Positions 21,586 through 30,933 of a DNA stretch of 64,000 nt are shown here, one piece after another. The number at the start of each line of letters is the position of its first letter. The stretch's first letter is position 1. Source of the stretch: Nitrospinales bacterium (GTDB lineage: Bacteria; Nitrospinota; Nitrospinia; Nitrospinales; VA-1). The position numbers and the translations under genes were made by a program. A model generated the notes under the pieces. That model was not told the origin of the DNA, did no database searches, and was given only the letters and a program-made list of their open reading frames with translations. The stretch spans positions 2,720,001-2,784,000 of the forward strand of contig CBDCWG010000012.1 of the NCBI GenBank assembly GCA_965223345.1. The letters run 5' to 3'.

Positions 21586-22608
21586 ATGGAAAATCTGATC
21601 GGCACATCCGAAGCGCGTTTGCGCGAAGCGTTCGCGCAATGGGGCGAGAAACCGTACCGGGTGCATCAGGTGTTCAACTGGGTGTACCACTACGGCGTGC
21701 GGGATTTTTCCCGCATGACCAATCTCTCGAAAGCGCTGCGGCAAAAACTCAACGAACATTTCCGGTTCTACCTCCCCAAAGTCGAAGAGCGCGTGGTTTC
21801 CAGCGACGGTTCGATCAAGTACCTGTTCGCGCTGGAGGACGGCAACGTGATCGAAAGCATCTGGATGCCGGCCGGGCCGCGCAAGACGCTGTGTATTTCA
21901 ACGCAGGCGGGCTGCCGGCTGGCCTGCTCGTTCTGTAATACGGCGACGCTGGGCCTCAAACGCAACCTGACGGCGGGCGAGATCCTGGGGCAGTTTCTCG
22001 TGATCAACGAAGATCTGGATGAGGCGGACCGCATCACCAACGTGGTGATCATGGGCATGGGCGAGCCGCTGGACAACTACGCGTCCCTGGTGGATGCGGT
22101 GCGGCTGATGGTGTCGCCGGAAGCGATGCGCATCTCGACGCGCAAGATCACTGTGTCCACCTCCGGGCTGGTGGACCGCATCGAGGATTTCAAGAACGAG
22201 AACCTGCACGTCAACCTCGCCATCTCGCTCAACGCCACGGAAAACGCCACGCGCGATGCGATCATGCCGATCAACAAGAAGTACCCGATCGAAATCCTGC
22301 TTGACTGTTTGCGGAGCTATCCGTTAAAACCTACCCGGCGTTTGACGTTCGAATACGTGCTCCTCGACGGGATCAACGACAGCGACGCGGACGCCCGGCG
22401 GCTGGCCCGTCTGCTTCGAGGCATTCCCAGCAAGATCAATCTGATCCCTTTCAACCCACATGCTGGAAACGGCTACCGCCCGCCGAGCGGGGAGAGAATC
22501 GCCGCATTTCAAAACCACCTGATCGCGAAGCATTATTCGGTCTTCGTGCGGAAAAACCGCGGCGCCGACGTCCTGGGCGCCTGCGGACAGCTCGCGGCCC
22601 AGAACTGA
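21586..22608 (+). CDS. rlmN: Dual-specificity RNA methyltransferase RlmN
   Basis: CISTQAGCRLACSFCNT radical SAM motif, MGMGEPL, GACGQL. Confidence 0.95.
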   Translation: MENLIGTSEARLREAFAQWGEKPYRVHQVFNWVYHYGVRDFSRMTNLSKALRQKLNEHFRFYLPKVEERVVSSDGSIKYLFALEDGNVIESIWMPAGPRKTLCISTQAGCRLACSFCNTATLGLKRNLTAGEILGQFLVINEDLDEADRITNVVIMGMGEPLDNYASLVDAVRLMVSPEAMRISTRKITVSTSGLVDRIEDFKNENLHVNLAISLNATENATRDAIMPINKKYPIEILLDCLRSYPLKPTRRLTFEYVLLDGINDSDADARRLARLLRGIPSKINLIPFNPHAGNGYRPPSGERIAAFQNHLIAKHYSVFVRKNRGADVLGACGQLAAQN

Positions 22609-22652
22609 TCTCACCTGCACATCCGCCAACTCCGAATCCGAGGATTCCATTC

Positions 22653-23393
22653 ATGACCGCTGGACACGAAAACAACCGCTCTCCGCTGGACCTTTCCGTC
22701 GTCATCCCCGTTTACAACGAGCGGGAAAGCCTGGTTCTGCTCGAAGAGGAGCTGGGCAAAAGCCTCAACAAGCTGAGCATGAGCCACGAGATCATCTTCG
22801 TGGACGACGGCAGCCTGGACGGAAGCAGCACGCTGATCCGCAAGATGAAGGAATACAACCCGCACATCCGCCTTTTGCGCTTTGCGTCCAACAGCGGGCA
22901 GACCGCGGCATTCGCGGCCGGGTTCAAAGCTGCGCGCGGCGATGTGGTGCTGACCATGGACGCGGATCTGCAAAACGATCCCGCCGACATCCCGGTGCTG
23001 CTGGAAGGCATCCGCGACCACGACGCGGTGTGCGGCTGGCGGCACAAGCGCAACGATCCCTGGATCAAAAAAATATCTTCAAAGATCGCCAATTTCGTCC
23101 GCAACAAATTGAGTGAGGAGTCGATCGCCGACACGGGCTGTTCGCTCAAGGCGTTCCGCAGGGAGTGCCTGCAGAACATCCGCCTGTACAACGGAATGCA
23201 CCGGTTTTTCCCGACGCTGTTGAAGATGGAAGGCTTCAAGGTGGCTCAGGTGAAGGTGAACCACCACCCGCGGCTGCACGGGCAGTCCAAGTACAACATC
23301 AGCAACCGGCTGTTCTCTTCTTTCATGGATCTTCTGGCGGTGCGGTGGATGAAAAAAAGAAAAATGCAGTTTCAAATCGTTGAGGAGGATTAG
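22653..23393 (+). CDS. GT2 polyprenol-phosphate glycosyltransferase (ArnC/DPM-like)
   Basis: VIPVYNE, VDDGSLD, MDADLQNDP, GMHRF. Confidence 0.9.
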   Translation: MTAGHENNRSPLDLSVVIPVYNERESLVLLEEELGKSLNKLSMSHEIIFVDDGSLDGSSTLIRKMKEYNPHIRLLRFASNSGQTAAFAAGFKAARGDVVLTMDADLQNDPADIPVLLEGIRDHDAVCGWRHKRNDPWIKKISSKIANFVRNKLSEESIADTGCSLKAFRRECLQNIRLYNGMHRFFPTLLKMEGFKVAQVKVNHHPRLHGQSKYNISNRLFSSFMDLLAVRWMKKRKMQFQIVEED

Positions 23394-23684
23394 ATGAGTC
23401 TGACCCCGTGGGTGATCATCGGCCTTATCGGCCAGGCCTGCTTTTTCATGCGGTTTTTTATCCAGTGGATCGTTTCCGAAAGAAAGGGAGAGAGCACGAT
23501 CCCGCTGCAGTTCTGGTATTTCAGCATCGGCGGCAGTCTGATCCTGCTGTCTTACGCCATTCACAGGCAGGACCCGGTGTTCATACTCGGCCAGAGCGTG
23601 GGCTCGGTGATTTACGTACGCAATCTCATTCTCATCGCCCGCAAGAAAAAAGCCCTGCAGCTGGAGGCGCTGGAAAATGACTGA
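23394..23684 (+). CDS. Lipid-A-disaccharide synthase N-terminal (LAB_N) domain membrane protein
   Basis: GQACFFMRFFIQWIVSE...P..FWYFS..G...DPVFILGQ...Y.RN. Confidence 0.88.
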   Translation: MSLTPWVIIGLIGQACFFMRFFIQWIVSERKGESTIPLQFWYFSIGGSLILLSYAIHRQDPVFILGQSVGSVIYVRNLILIARKKKALQLEALEND

Positions 23685-23892
23685 GTGGACCCTGCGGCTT
23701 GCGGGTCTCGCTTCCCTCGTGCTGGGCGGCGTGCTGTTCGTCGTGGCGGTGAAATACATCCCTTCCGAATGGCCGCAGATTTTCGTCGGCGTGCTGTCGG
23801 TTTTCCTGGCCTCGGTGGGCTTCGGCGTGCTGATCATGCCGATGGAACCCCCCGGCGCCGGATCTTCCGGAGACGATCTCCCCAAAACCTGA
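23677..23892 (+). CDS. Small two-TM hypothetical protein
   Basis: Overlaps the LAB_N stop; two hydrophobic helices. Confidence 0.65.
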   Translation: MTEWTLRLAGLASLVLGGVLFVVAVKYIPSEWPQIFVGVLSVFLASVGFGVLIMPMEPPGAGSSGDDLPKT

Positions 23893-23967
23893 CCCGGCTC
23901 TCCCCACCCATCCCCGCTTTCGGCAAAACCGCGTAAACTCCTGTAAAATGAACGATTTCTAATTTCC

Positions 23968-24064
23968 TTGACATTACAAAACCCGTATGATATTTCTCTA
24001 CACTCCTAAAATATGGCCTGCTCAATTGTTGTTGTTTTTTAGCCATTTATTAATCAATCAATTA
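23968..24064 (+). promoter_or_regulatory. Promoter region of the bd-like operon with an IHF-consensus site
   Basis: TTGACA at 23968; AATCAA-TCAA-TTA (24052-24064) matches WATCAANNNNTTR. Confidence 0.45.
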
Positions 24065-24231
24065 CAGCTTCAGCTGTTTTGCATAGACAAAATTGACTGT
24101 TCGGATCTGGCGAGAGATCTCATTGTATTTTCAGGATCTTTCGCCAATTTCTTTCCCGGCGGGTAGAATTTATTCGCGCGAAAGGCATGCAGGATCCTCA
24201 CCCATCATCCGGCTCAACGAGGGAGACCTCA

Positions 24232-26379
24232 ATGGAACGCAAGAACAACCCGTCGCAACGATCGTTTTTCATCAAATCGATTTTCACCTTCCTTCTCATT
24301 TTTGGCCTCGTCCATCTGGCACCCACTTCGCTGGTCCCTTCGTTTTTTGAATCCAATCTGACAACCTGGAACGGTCCCGCAAAAGCCTGGGCGCAGGATG
24401 AGGAAGAGGATTTCGGAGACTTTGAAGAAGGCGGCGACGATTTCGGCGAAGTTGACGAAGAGGATGAATTCGGCGAGATCGACGAAGGTGAAGAAGGTGA
24501 AGGGGAAGGCGAAGAAGGCGAAGCGGCGGAAGAGGAAGACGAATCCTGGAAAACCGACATCGGCCTCGCCAAGGAGCACGAATTCGAGCCTTACTCCTTC
24601 ATGGGGCTCAGCAACCGCAAGTTCACCTGGGCCGCGGCGCAGCTGCATATTCTGTTCGCCTCGTTCATCCTGGGCTGTCCCATGTTCGTCGTCATCATGG
24701 AGGTCATGGGCGCGCGGCGCACGCAGGGTGTGCGCAAAGCCATCGTTTTGTCGAACGTGTTTCTCGGCGTTCTCATCGGCGTGACCATCGGCATCACCGG
24801 CGAGATCATCATCGGCATCCATCACGGCGTGTTATTCGGCATGTGGGCCTGTGCCTTCGGGGCGTTGTTCGTCAGCTTCATGAACTACTTCCACAAGCTG
24901 ATGAACGTGACCGCCTCCACCATCGTCGGCGGTATTCTCGGGGCGGCCATGGCGATCCCGCTGACGCCGGTCGAGCACTACGAGGTTTCCGGGATCATCC
25001 TGGCGATCATCAACGGCATGGTCGGCGGTCTGCTGTCGAATCTCATCATGTTCGCCAAAGGCGATTTCAAGTTCGAGCGCCTGGCGCATGAGATCACCAA
25101 AGTCATCGGCATCTGTTACAGCTTCACCGCGCTGACCGGAGGCCTGTTCCTGCTGGTGATGCTGGTGCTGTATCAGGATTTCATCACCTATCTGGTCGCG
25201 ACCTTCCCGGTCCTGTTCCTGGTGGCTTACCCGACGCTGTTCATCCTGGAAACGATCGTGATGTACATCTACGTCTATTCCTGGGATCCGCTCAACCAGT
25301 CGAACAAGAAGGGCCGCCACATCGTGACCGGGGTGTTTCTCAACGTGCTCGGCCTGACGCTGCTCTGCGCGCTGGACGGTCCGGCGACTTACATGCAGAC
25401 GCCGCCGGTGCCGCTCAACGAGCTGCAGAACACCAACGAGTGGCAGCGCATCGCCACCTCCACCTGGATGCCGCTCAACTACCACCGCCTGGTCGGCAAC
25501 GGCACCTTCGGCGGATACATGGTGGGCATTATCGGCGCGTACATGTACCTGTGGTCCACCAAGCGGGAAGAGAAGGAGTATTACGACTGGGTGGGATACA
25601 TGGGCAACATCATCGGCGTGGGCATCATGATCCCGCTGCCGGCGATGGGCTACATTTTCGTCCGCGAGATCTACCAGTACGACGCCACCATCGGCATGTA
25701 CATCATGTCCGACCGCGAATCGATGTTCATGCTGGTGCAGGGGCTTCTCGTGGGCACCATGTTCAGCGCCAGTAATATATACATGTGGGTCAGTATGAAG
25801 CGCATCGAGAACGCGGAACGGTTCTTTCCAGCGATGAAGTTCGGCTTCATATTGATCGTCATATCGGCGGCGATCTGGTTCACACCGCGGCGCTTCTTCG
25901 CCACGATGATGCCGGAGCCGGGAATGAACGACGCGATGGTGCTGCCGGACGATTTGGCGTTCATGGCGCTCATGGTGGCGAAGAACACGGCGGCGTTCGC
26001 TCTGGTGACGGTGACGTTGATCAACTACATCTTCTACACCATCGCCACACGCACCGGCAAAGTGCATTACGGCAAGATCAATCCCCTGGGCGTGTACGTT
26101 CTCATCTTCCTGGGATTCGCCGACATCTGGCTTATGAGCTGGATGGGAACGATCCGCGAACTTTCACGCATGAACTGGCACATCTACAAGGTCTTCAAGG
26201 ACGTGACGCCGGAGAAATTCACGCCGACGCTGGCGGAATCCGGGTTCCACGTCACGACCATCGTGTGGACCTTTTTCATCATCATGACAGCCATCATCTG
26301 GCTCGGCATCAAGTATCCAAAAACCAAGAAAAAGCCGGCAACCGTCCCGGCTTCCACAACCCCGCAGATGGCGGAATGA
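24232..26379 (+). CDS. Cytochrome bd-like (CydA-homologous) integral membrane protein
   Basis: QLHILFASFILG, LFILE, PLNYHRLVGN and MGTIRELSRMNW align by eye with the CydA haem-ligand helices; signal-like segment and acidic N-terminal tract; SD GAGGGAG. Confidence 0.8.
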   Translation: MERKNNPSQRSFFIKSIFTFLLIFGLVHLAPTSLVPSFFESNLTTWNGPAKAWAQDEEEDFGDFEEGGDDFGEVDEEDEFGEIDEGEEGEGEGEEGEAAEEEDESWKTDIGLAKEHEFEPYSFMGLSNRKFTWAAAQLHILFASFILGCPMFVVIMEVMGARRTQGVRKAIVLSNVFLGVLIGVTIGITGEIIIGIHHGVLFGMWACAFGALFVSFMNYFHKLMNVTASTIVGGILGAAMAIPLTPVEHYEVSGIILAIINGMVGGLLSNLIMFAKGDFKFERLAHEITKVIGICYSFTALTGGLFLLVMLVLYQDFITYLVATFPVLFLVAYPTLFILETIVMYIYVYSWDPLNQSNKKGRHIVTGVFLNVLGLTLLCALDGPATYMQTPPVPLNELQNTNEWQRIATSTWMPLNYHRLVGNGTFGGYMVGIIGAYMYLWSTKREEKEYYDWVGYMGNIIGVGIMIPLPAMGYIFVREIYQYDATIGMYIMSDRESMFMLVQGLLVGTMFSASNIYMWVSMKRIENAERFFPAMKFGFILIVISAAIWFTPRRFFATMMPEPGMNDAMVLPDDLAFMALMVAKNTAAFALVTVTLINYIFYTIATRTGKVHYGKINPLGVYVLIFLGFADIWLMSWMGTIRELSRMNWHIYKVFKDVTPEKFTPTLAESGFHVTTIVWTFFIIMTAIIWLGIKYPKTKKKPATVPASTTPQMAE

Positions 26380-26396
26380 GTTCTTAGGAGCGAGGA

Positions 26397-27692
26397 ATGC
26401 AGGAGAAATCATTTGGTAAAAAATTCGGAATGATCTTTGCCGGCGCCGTCGGGCTGAGTCTGCTCATCTGGTTCGGGCTGGGAGCAATGGGAGTGGGCGT
26501 GGTCGTGCTGCAGCGCCTGGTCGGCATCGTGTTCGTCATCGCTATCTATGCCGCTTTGCTCGCCCTGCCGAAGGGAAGCGCAAAGGAAAAATCCCTGTTT
26601 CAGAATCTGAAGTGGAAGATTCCCATCATCGCGGTGATCTCCGTCATCGTCTGGTTTGCGGCCGGGAAAATGGGTTTCCCCATCTGGTGGCAGATCGAAT
26701 TCGTCGCTTTTGCGCTGGTGGGCCTGTTCTATTTCGTGCTGCTCGACTGGAAGAGTCTCAAACCGGAAAAAAGCCAGTGGCACTCTACCTTTCGCCTGAT
26801 CATGACCTATGCCTTTGCATCGGTGCTGTTTATCGTCATCACCGCGCAACTGCCGCAGTTCGATCCGGCGTATGAAATCGCCAAGCTGGACAAGCCGCCG
26901 CGAAAGCTCGATGATGTGGCCGGGCCGGAGTTGATCGCCGCGGGGCGGGAAATTTTCGAAGAAAATAAATGCTTCAACTGTCACAAGGTGTTCTGGGAAG
27001 GCAACTCCGACCGCGGCCCCAATCTGGGCACGAAACAGGTCGGTCTTTATTCTTCGGACTACCTCATCGAACAGATCGTCGAACCGAGAAAGACCCAGTC
27101 GCCGGGCTTCGAAGACCCCAAATCGAAAAAAGCCATGCCGACCTATTACGGCGACGATCTCGATGAGGGCATGCTGAAAGCCCTGGTGGCCTATCTCAAG
27201 ACCATGCGCGACCCGACCAACGTCCCGGTTGAGGGCAAACTGGGCAGTCAGTGGACCTGGTGGGACGATCCCAAGATCATCGAGGAAGGCAAGGTCGTGT
27301 TCGAGGGTCTGGAGCCCGCCACGGAGGGCCTCAACTGTGCGGTCTGCCACGGCAAGGACGGCATCCCCATGATGACCGGGGCGCTCGATTTTCGTAACGG
27401 CGACCAACCGGACACCGACAAGATGCCGGACCACCTGGCAGGTGTGATGCTGAAAGACTGGCCGGATGGGTTGTGGTACAAGCGGGTGACCCGCGGTGTG
27501 GACGGCACTCCGATGGCGCCCTGGGGCGCGATGTTCCCGCACCTGTACCTCTGGAAGGCGGAGGTCTACGCCCGCACCTTCCACGATCCGCTTGAAAAAC
27601 GCACAAACAAGCGTCCTGTTCCGCCGATTCCCACCAAAGAGGAAATCGAAAAGTGGAAGGCCGACGGGTTGTTCATGGATCCGCTGCTGTAA
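26397..27692 (+). CDS. Membrane-anchored dihaem c-type cytochrome
   Basis: About five N-terminal TM helices; CFNCH and CAVCH, each followed by an MP/MAP distal Met motif. Confidence 0.88.
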   Translation: MQEKSFGKKFGMIFAGAVGLSLLIWFGLGAMGVGVVVLQRLVGIVFVIAIYAALLALPKGSAKEKSLFQNLKWKIPIIAVISVIVWFAAGKMGFPIWWQIEFVAFALVGLFYFVLLDWKSLKPEKSQWHSTFRLIMTYAFASVLFIVITAQLPQFDPAYEIAKLDKPPRKLDDVAGPELIAAGREIFEENKCFNCHKVFWEGNSDRGPNLGTKQVGLYSSDYLIEQIVEPRKTQSPGFEDPKSKKAMPTYYGDDLDEGMLKALVAYLKTMRDPTNVPVEGKLGSQWTWWDDPKIIEEGKVVFEGLEPATEGLNCAVCHGKDGIPMMTGALDFRNGDQPDTDKMPDHLAGVMLKDWPDGLWYKRVTRGVDGTPMAPWGAMFPHLYLWKAEVYARTFHDPLEKRTNKRPVPPIPTKEEIEKWKADGLFMDPLL

Positions 27693-27717
27693 AGGGGGTT
27701 TGAGCGAAGCAGTTTAT

Positions 27718-27748
27718 AAACCGGCTCCTGCGGGAGCCGGTTTTTTTA
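27718..27748 (+). terminator. Intrinsic terminator of the bd-like/cytochrome c operon
   Basis: AAACCGGCTCC-TGCG-GGAGCCGGTTT followed by a T tract. Confidence 0.85.
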
Positions 27749-27870
27749 TGCGCTTTAGAGGATCTGCGCCCCGATATGCGAGTAAAAAGCCCACCTTGCG
27801 CGGTGCGCGTCTGGTAAAATAAAACCTCATTCAACAATCCCTTATGCAGTGAGGATTCTGGGAGAACGCT

Positions 27871-28350
27871 ATGGGAAAAATAGACGCGATGATCAAGGAA
27901 AACCTGTCCGAGGACGGCTCGGTCCTGACTCTGCGGGAAAAATATCTGGGAGTGCGGGGTGTGATGGCGCTCGCGGACAACCCGGCGCTGGCCAATGTCA
28001 AAAAGCTGGTTCTTCCCGGCAACCAGGCGAGCGACGAAGGGGCCGAGGCGCTGGCGCAGTCGCCGTATCTGGGCAACCTGGAGCATCTGAACCTCAACCA
28101 CAACGAGATCGGTGACGATGGGGCTGTGGCTCTAGCCAATACGGACAAACTGCCGAAGCTGAACGACCTCACCATGTTCGGCAACGCAATCGGCGATGAA
28201 GGCGCGAAAGCGTTCGCGGATTCGGCGCACAGCAAAAAATACATCAAGCTCGACCTGTACAAGAACCAGTTTTCCAACGTGGGCTACAAAGCGCTCACCG
28301 AATCGGAAAACCTGAAGAACTGCGAGGAGCTGGAAATCTACCGGGATTAG
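27871..28350 (+). CDS. Leucine-rich repeat protein
   Basis: Repeats of LxxLxLxxNxIGDxGAxALA. Confidence 0.88.
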   Translation: MGKIDAMIKENLSEDGSVLTLREKYLGVRGVMALADNPALANVKKLVLPGNQASDEGAEALAQSPYLGNLEHLNLNHNEIGDDGAVALANTDKLPKLNDLTMFGNAIGDEGAKAFADSAHSKKYIKLDLYKNQFSNVGYKALTESENLKNCEELEIYRD

Positions 28351-28634
28351 CCCTGCGATTCCCACTCACCGGGCGTGACGGTTTTGATCTGCAGGGCGTG
28401 GATCAGCTTGGGCGTGCCGTTGATGTGGCTGTCCAGAGCGCTGTACACCATGCGCCGCCGGTCGAGAGGATTGACGTTTTCGAATTTGGGCGAGACGACG
28501 ATCACCGAGTAATGCCCTCCCCCGCCGGCTGCCTTGTGCCCGCGATGCAAATGGCTTTCGTCGATGATGTCCACGTGTTGCGCAGCCAGTTCGCTGCGCA
28601 GTTGCTGTTCGATCAGTTCGGGTGTGTTGTCCAT
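28347..28634 (-). CDS. bolA: BolA family protein
   Basis: DESHLHRGH, GHY.V.VVS..F, RRMVY.AL, IHALQI. Confidence 0.9.
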   Translation of the reverse strand: MDNTPELIEQQLRSELAAQHVDIIDESHLHRGHKAAGGGGHYSVIVVSPKFENVNPLDRRRMVYSALDSHINGTPKLIHALQIKTVTPGEWESQG

Positions 28635-28662
28635 GATGCCTGAATAGGAATGCGCGTTCGCG

Positions 28663-28878
28663 TTATTTATCCTCGCCCGGCGGTGTGCCGAGGTCGGGCA
28701 GATTCATGAAATCCTTCAAAGATTGATCGTACCGGGCCTGCGCCTCGTGCTCCTCGATGGTGAGCAGCGGCGCTCTGCATTTGGCGCAGACGGGCAGCCG
28801 GTCGGCCTGGTATTTCCGCACCCGGTTTTTGACTTGGCATTTCGGGCAGGGTACAATGATAAAAGGAATTTCAGCCAT
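28663..28878 (-). CDS. Small zinc-ribbon protein (resembles the TrxC N-terminal zinc finger)
   Basis: CPKCQVKNRV...PVCAKCRAPL; probable start ATG 28878. Confidence 0.7.
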   Translation of the reverse strand: MAEIPFIIVPCPKCQVKNRVRKYQADRLPVCAKCRAPLLTIEEHEAQARYDQSLKDFMNLPDLGTPPGEDK

Positions 28879-28904
28879 ACAGCATGATAGCAGACGCGCC
28901 CGCA

Positions 28905-29019
28905 AAAGAAAACTGCGGCGCTCAAACCCCGGCACCTCGGAGTGAAAATCCACGGTGGCGCCGATGTCCCGTGCCGGGACGACGGCGACCGCGTCTTCGA
29001 TGCGAGGCGGTTTTGACAT
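28905..29019 (-). pseudogene. Probable truncated VOC/glyoxalase (bleomycin-resistance-like) gene remnant
   Basis: Strong SD GAGGTG; AVAVVPARDIGATVDFHSEVPGFE resembles a VOC N-terminus, and similarity ends after about 35 aa. Confidence 0.45.
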
Positions 29020-29077
29020 GACTTCACCTCAAGAAATGAAACGACTCTAAAGCGTTTCACACAGGTAAAGGTGTCCC

Positions 29078-29356
29078 ATGCAATTCAACTATTCGACCGA
29101 TCCGCGACTCAAACTGCCGCTCAAAAACAAAATCTTTTTGTTTGTCGGTCTGGCGGTGGGGCTTTGCCTGCTCTTCGTGTTTGCCTTCACCTTTTTCATC
29201 GTCGCCCTGGTGGCGGGGACCGTGCTGTATTTCATAGCCTGGCTGCAAAAGCCCGGCAAACGGCCTCCGCTGAACCGGGAGGGTTCGTTCCCGAACGCCC
29301 GCACCCGGCCCTACCAGAAACCGCACGGCCGGGACGACGATGTGATCGACATCTGA
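29078..29356 (+). CDS. Small hypothetical membrane protein
   Basis: Long hydrophobic hairpin; C-terminal DDDVIDI; SD AAGG. Confidence 0.75.
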   Translation: MQFNYSTDPRLKLPLKNKIFLFVGLAVGLCLLFVFAFTFFIVALVAGTVLYFIAWLQKPGKRPPLNREGSFPNARTRPYQKPHGRDDDVIDI

Positions 29357-29387
29357 CCCTCTGTTCCCGATCAAACAAACGCACGCA

Positions 29388-30776
29388 TCAGCGGCGCGGC
29401 CGTTTGTAGATGTGGATGGCCTGGCCGCCGAAGGTCTCCGCCGCTTCCATGAGGGTTTCGGAAACCGTGGGGTGCGGGTGCACGCTGTGCGCGATGTCTC
29501 TGGCGTTTGCGCCCAGCTCGACGGCGAGCACCGCTTCCGAGATCAAATCTCCCGCGCCCGCACCGACGATGCCGGCGCCGAGAACCTTTCCCGTCTCCGG
29601 TTCCACAACCCACTGGGTCAGCCCTTCGCCGCGCCCCAGAATCTGGGCTTTGCCGGAGGCGCTCCAGGGAAAGCGCGCCAGCTGCACGTCCCGGCCCTGC
29701 TCTTTCGCCTCGGTGGCGGTGAGGCCGCACCAGGCGATCTCCGGATCGGTGAACACCACGGCGGGGATGACGGGCGGTTTTTCGCGCGTGCCCCCGTTTG
29801 CGATCGCATCGACGGCGGCCTTGGCGTCGGCGGTGGCTTTGTGCGCGAGCTGCATGCCGCCTGCGACGTCGCCGATCGCATAAATGCTGGGATCGGCGGT
29901 GCGTCCGTTCGCATCCACTTCGATGAATCCGCGGTCGTTCACTCGGGCTTGCGTGTTTTCCAGACCCAGATCGCTTGAATTTGGCTGACGGCCGATGGCG
30001 ACCAGAACCGCATCGAAGCTCGCGTTTTCGGCCTCGCCATCGAATTCGGCGTGGATGGTGCTGCCCTGTTTTTTCATGGCTGTGACGCGGGTGTTGAGAT
30101 GGATGCTTGCAAAATTCCGCTTCAGCCGCGTCTGCAACGGCCGCACCAGTTCCCGGTCCACACCGGGCAGCAGTCCGTCGGTCAACTCGGCGACCGTGAC
30201 GCGGCTGCCGAGCGCGGCGTAGACGGTGCCCAATTCCAGGCCGATGTAACCGCCGCCCACGACCAGCAGGCGCTCCGGGATGGCATCGAGCTTGAGCGCC
30301 GCGGTGGAATCCCACACACCGGCGTCGCTCATGTTCCGAGGGATCAGCGGACTCGATCCGGTGGCGACGATGCAGCGGTCGAAATTCAGCGTTTCCCCGC
30401 CTGCGATTGCCAATGTGTTGGCGTCGCGCAGCACGCCCCTCCCCTGCACTTTGACGACGTTTCTCTGTTTGCAGAGGGCGTTTAGACCGCCGGTCATCTT
30501 TTCGATGACGCCGCTTTTCCAGCTGCGGATCTGTTCCAGGTCGATGCGGGGTTCGCCGAAGTCCAGGCCGCAATGTTTCGCGGCGCGTGTTTCCTCGATG
30601 AGTTTCGCGAGGTGCAGCAGGGCCTTGGAGGGAATGCAGCCGCGGTGCAGGCAGACGCCGCCGGGCTCAGCGTCGGCATCGACGAGGGTGACCTGCATTC
30701 CCCTGTCCGCCGCCAGGAACGCGGCGGCGTATCCGCCCGGCCCGGCGCCGAGGACCACCAGTTTGTTATCGGCCAT
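29388..30776 (-). CDS. lpdA: Dihydrolipoyl dehydrogenase
   Basis: GAGPGGY, GGVCLHRGCIPSK, GGGYIGLE, HPHPTVSE. Confidence 0.95.
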   Translation of the reverse strand: MADNKLVVLGAGPGGYAAAFLAADRGMQVTLVDADAEPGGVCLHRGCIPSKALLHLAKLIEETRAAKHCGLDFGEPRIDLEQIRSWKSGVIEKMTGGLNALCKQRNVVKVQGRGVLRDANTLAIAGGETLNFDRCIVATGSSPLIPRNMSDAGVWDSTAALKLDAIPERLLVVGGGYIGLELGTVYAALGSRVTVAELTDGLLPGVDRELVRPLQTRLKRNFASIHLNTRVTAMKKQGSTIHAEFDGEAENASFDAVLVAIGRQPNSSDLGLENTQARVNDRGFIEVDANGRTADPSIYAIGDVAGGMQLAHKATADAKAAVDAIANGGTREKPPVIPAVVFTDPEIAWCGLTATEAKEQGRDVQLARFPWSASGKAQILGRGEGLTQWVVEPETGKVLGAGIVGAGAGDLISEAVLAVELGANARDIAHSVHPHPTVSETLMEAAETFGGQAIHIYKRPRR

Positions 30777-30814
30777 GAATGGTTTCCATTTATGAGTTGA
30801 AGGTTTTTCTTTTT

Positions 30815-30910
30815 GTCACCCTGAGCTTGTCAAAGGGTGCGGATTGCGCTGTAATATATCCGTGCTTCGAGAGACCTGTCCCGAGCCTGCCGAAGGACTC
30901 AGCATGACAG
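30815..30910. repeat. Second REP-like palindromic element of the same family as 20300-20382
   Basis: GTCACCCTGAGCTTGTCAAAGGG ... GCTTCGAGAG[ACCTGTCCCGAGCCTGCCGAAGGA]CTCAGCATGACAG. Confidence 0.7.
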
Positions 30911-30933
30911 CATAGACTATGCGGTTGGTTTGT

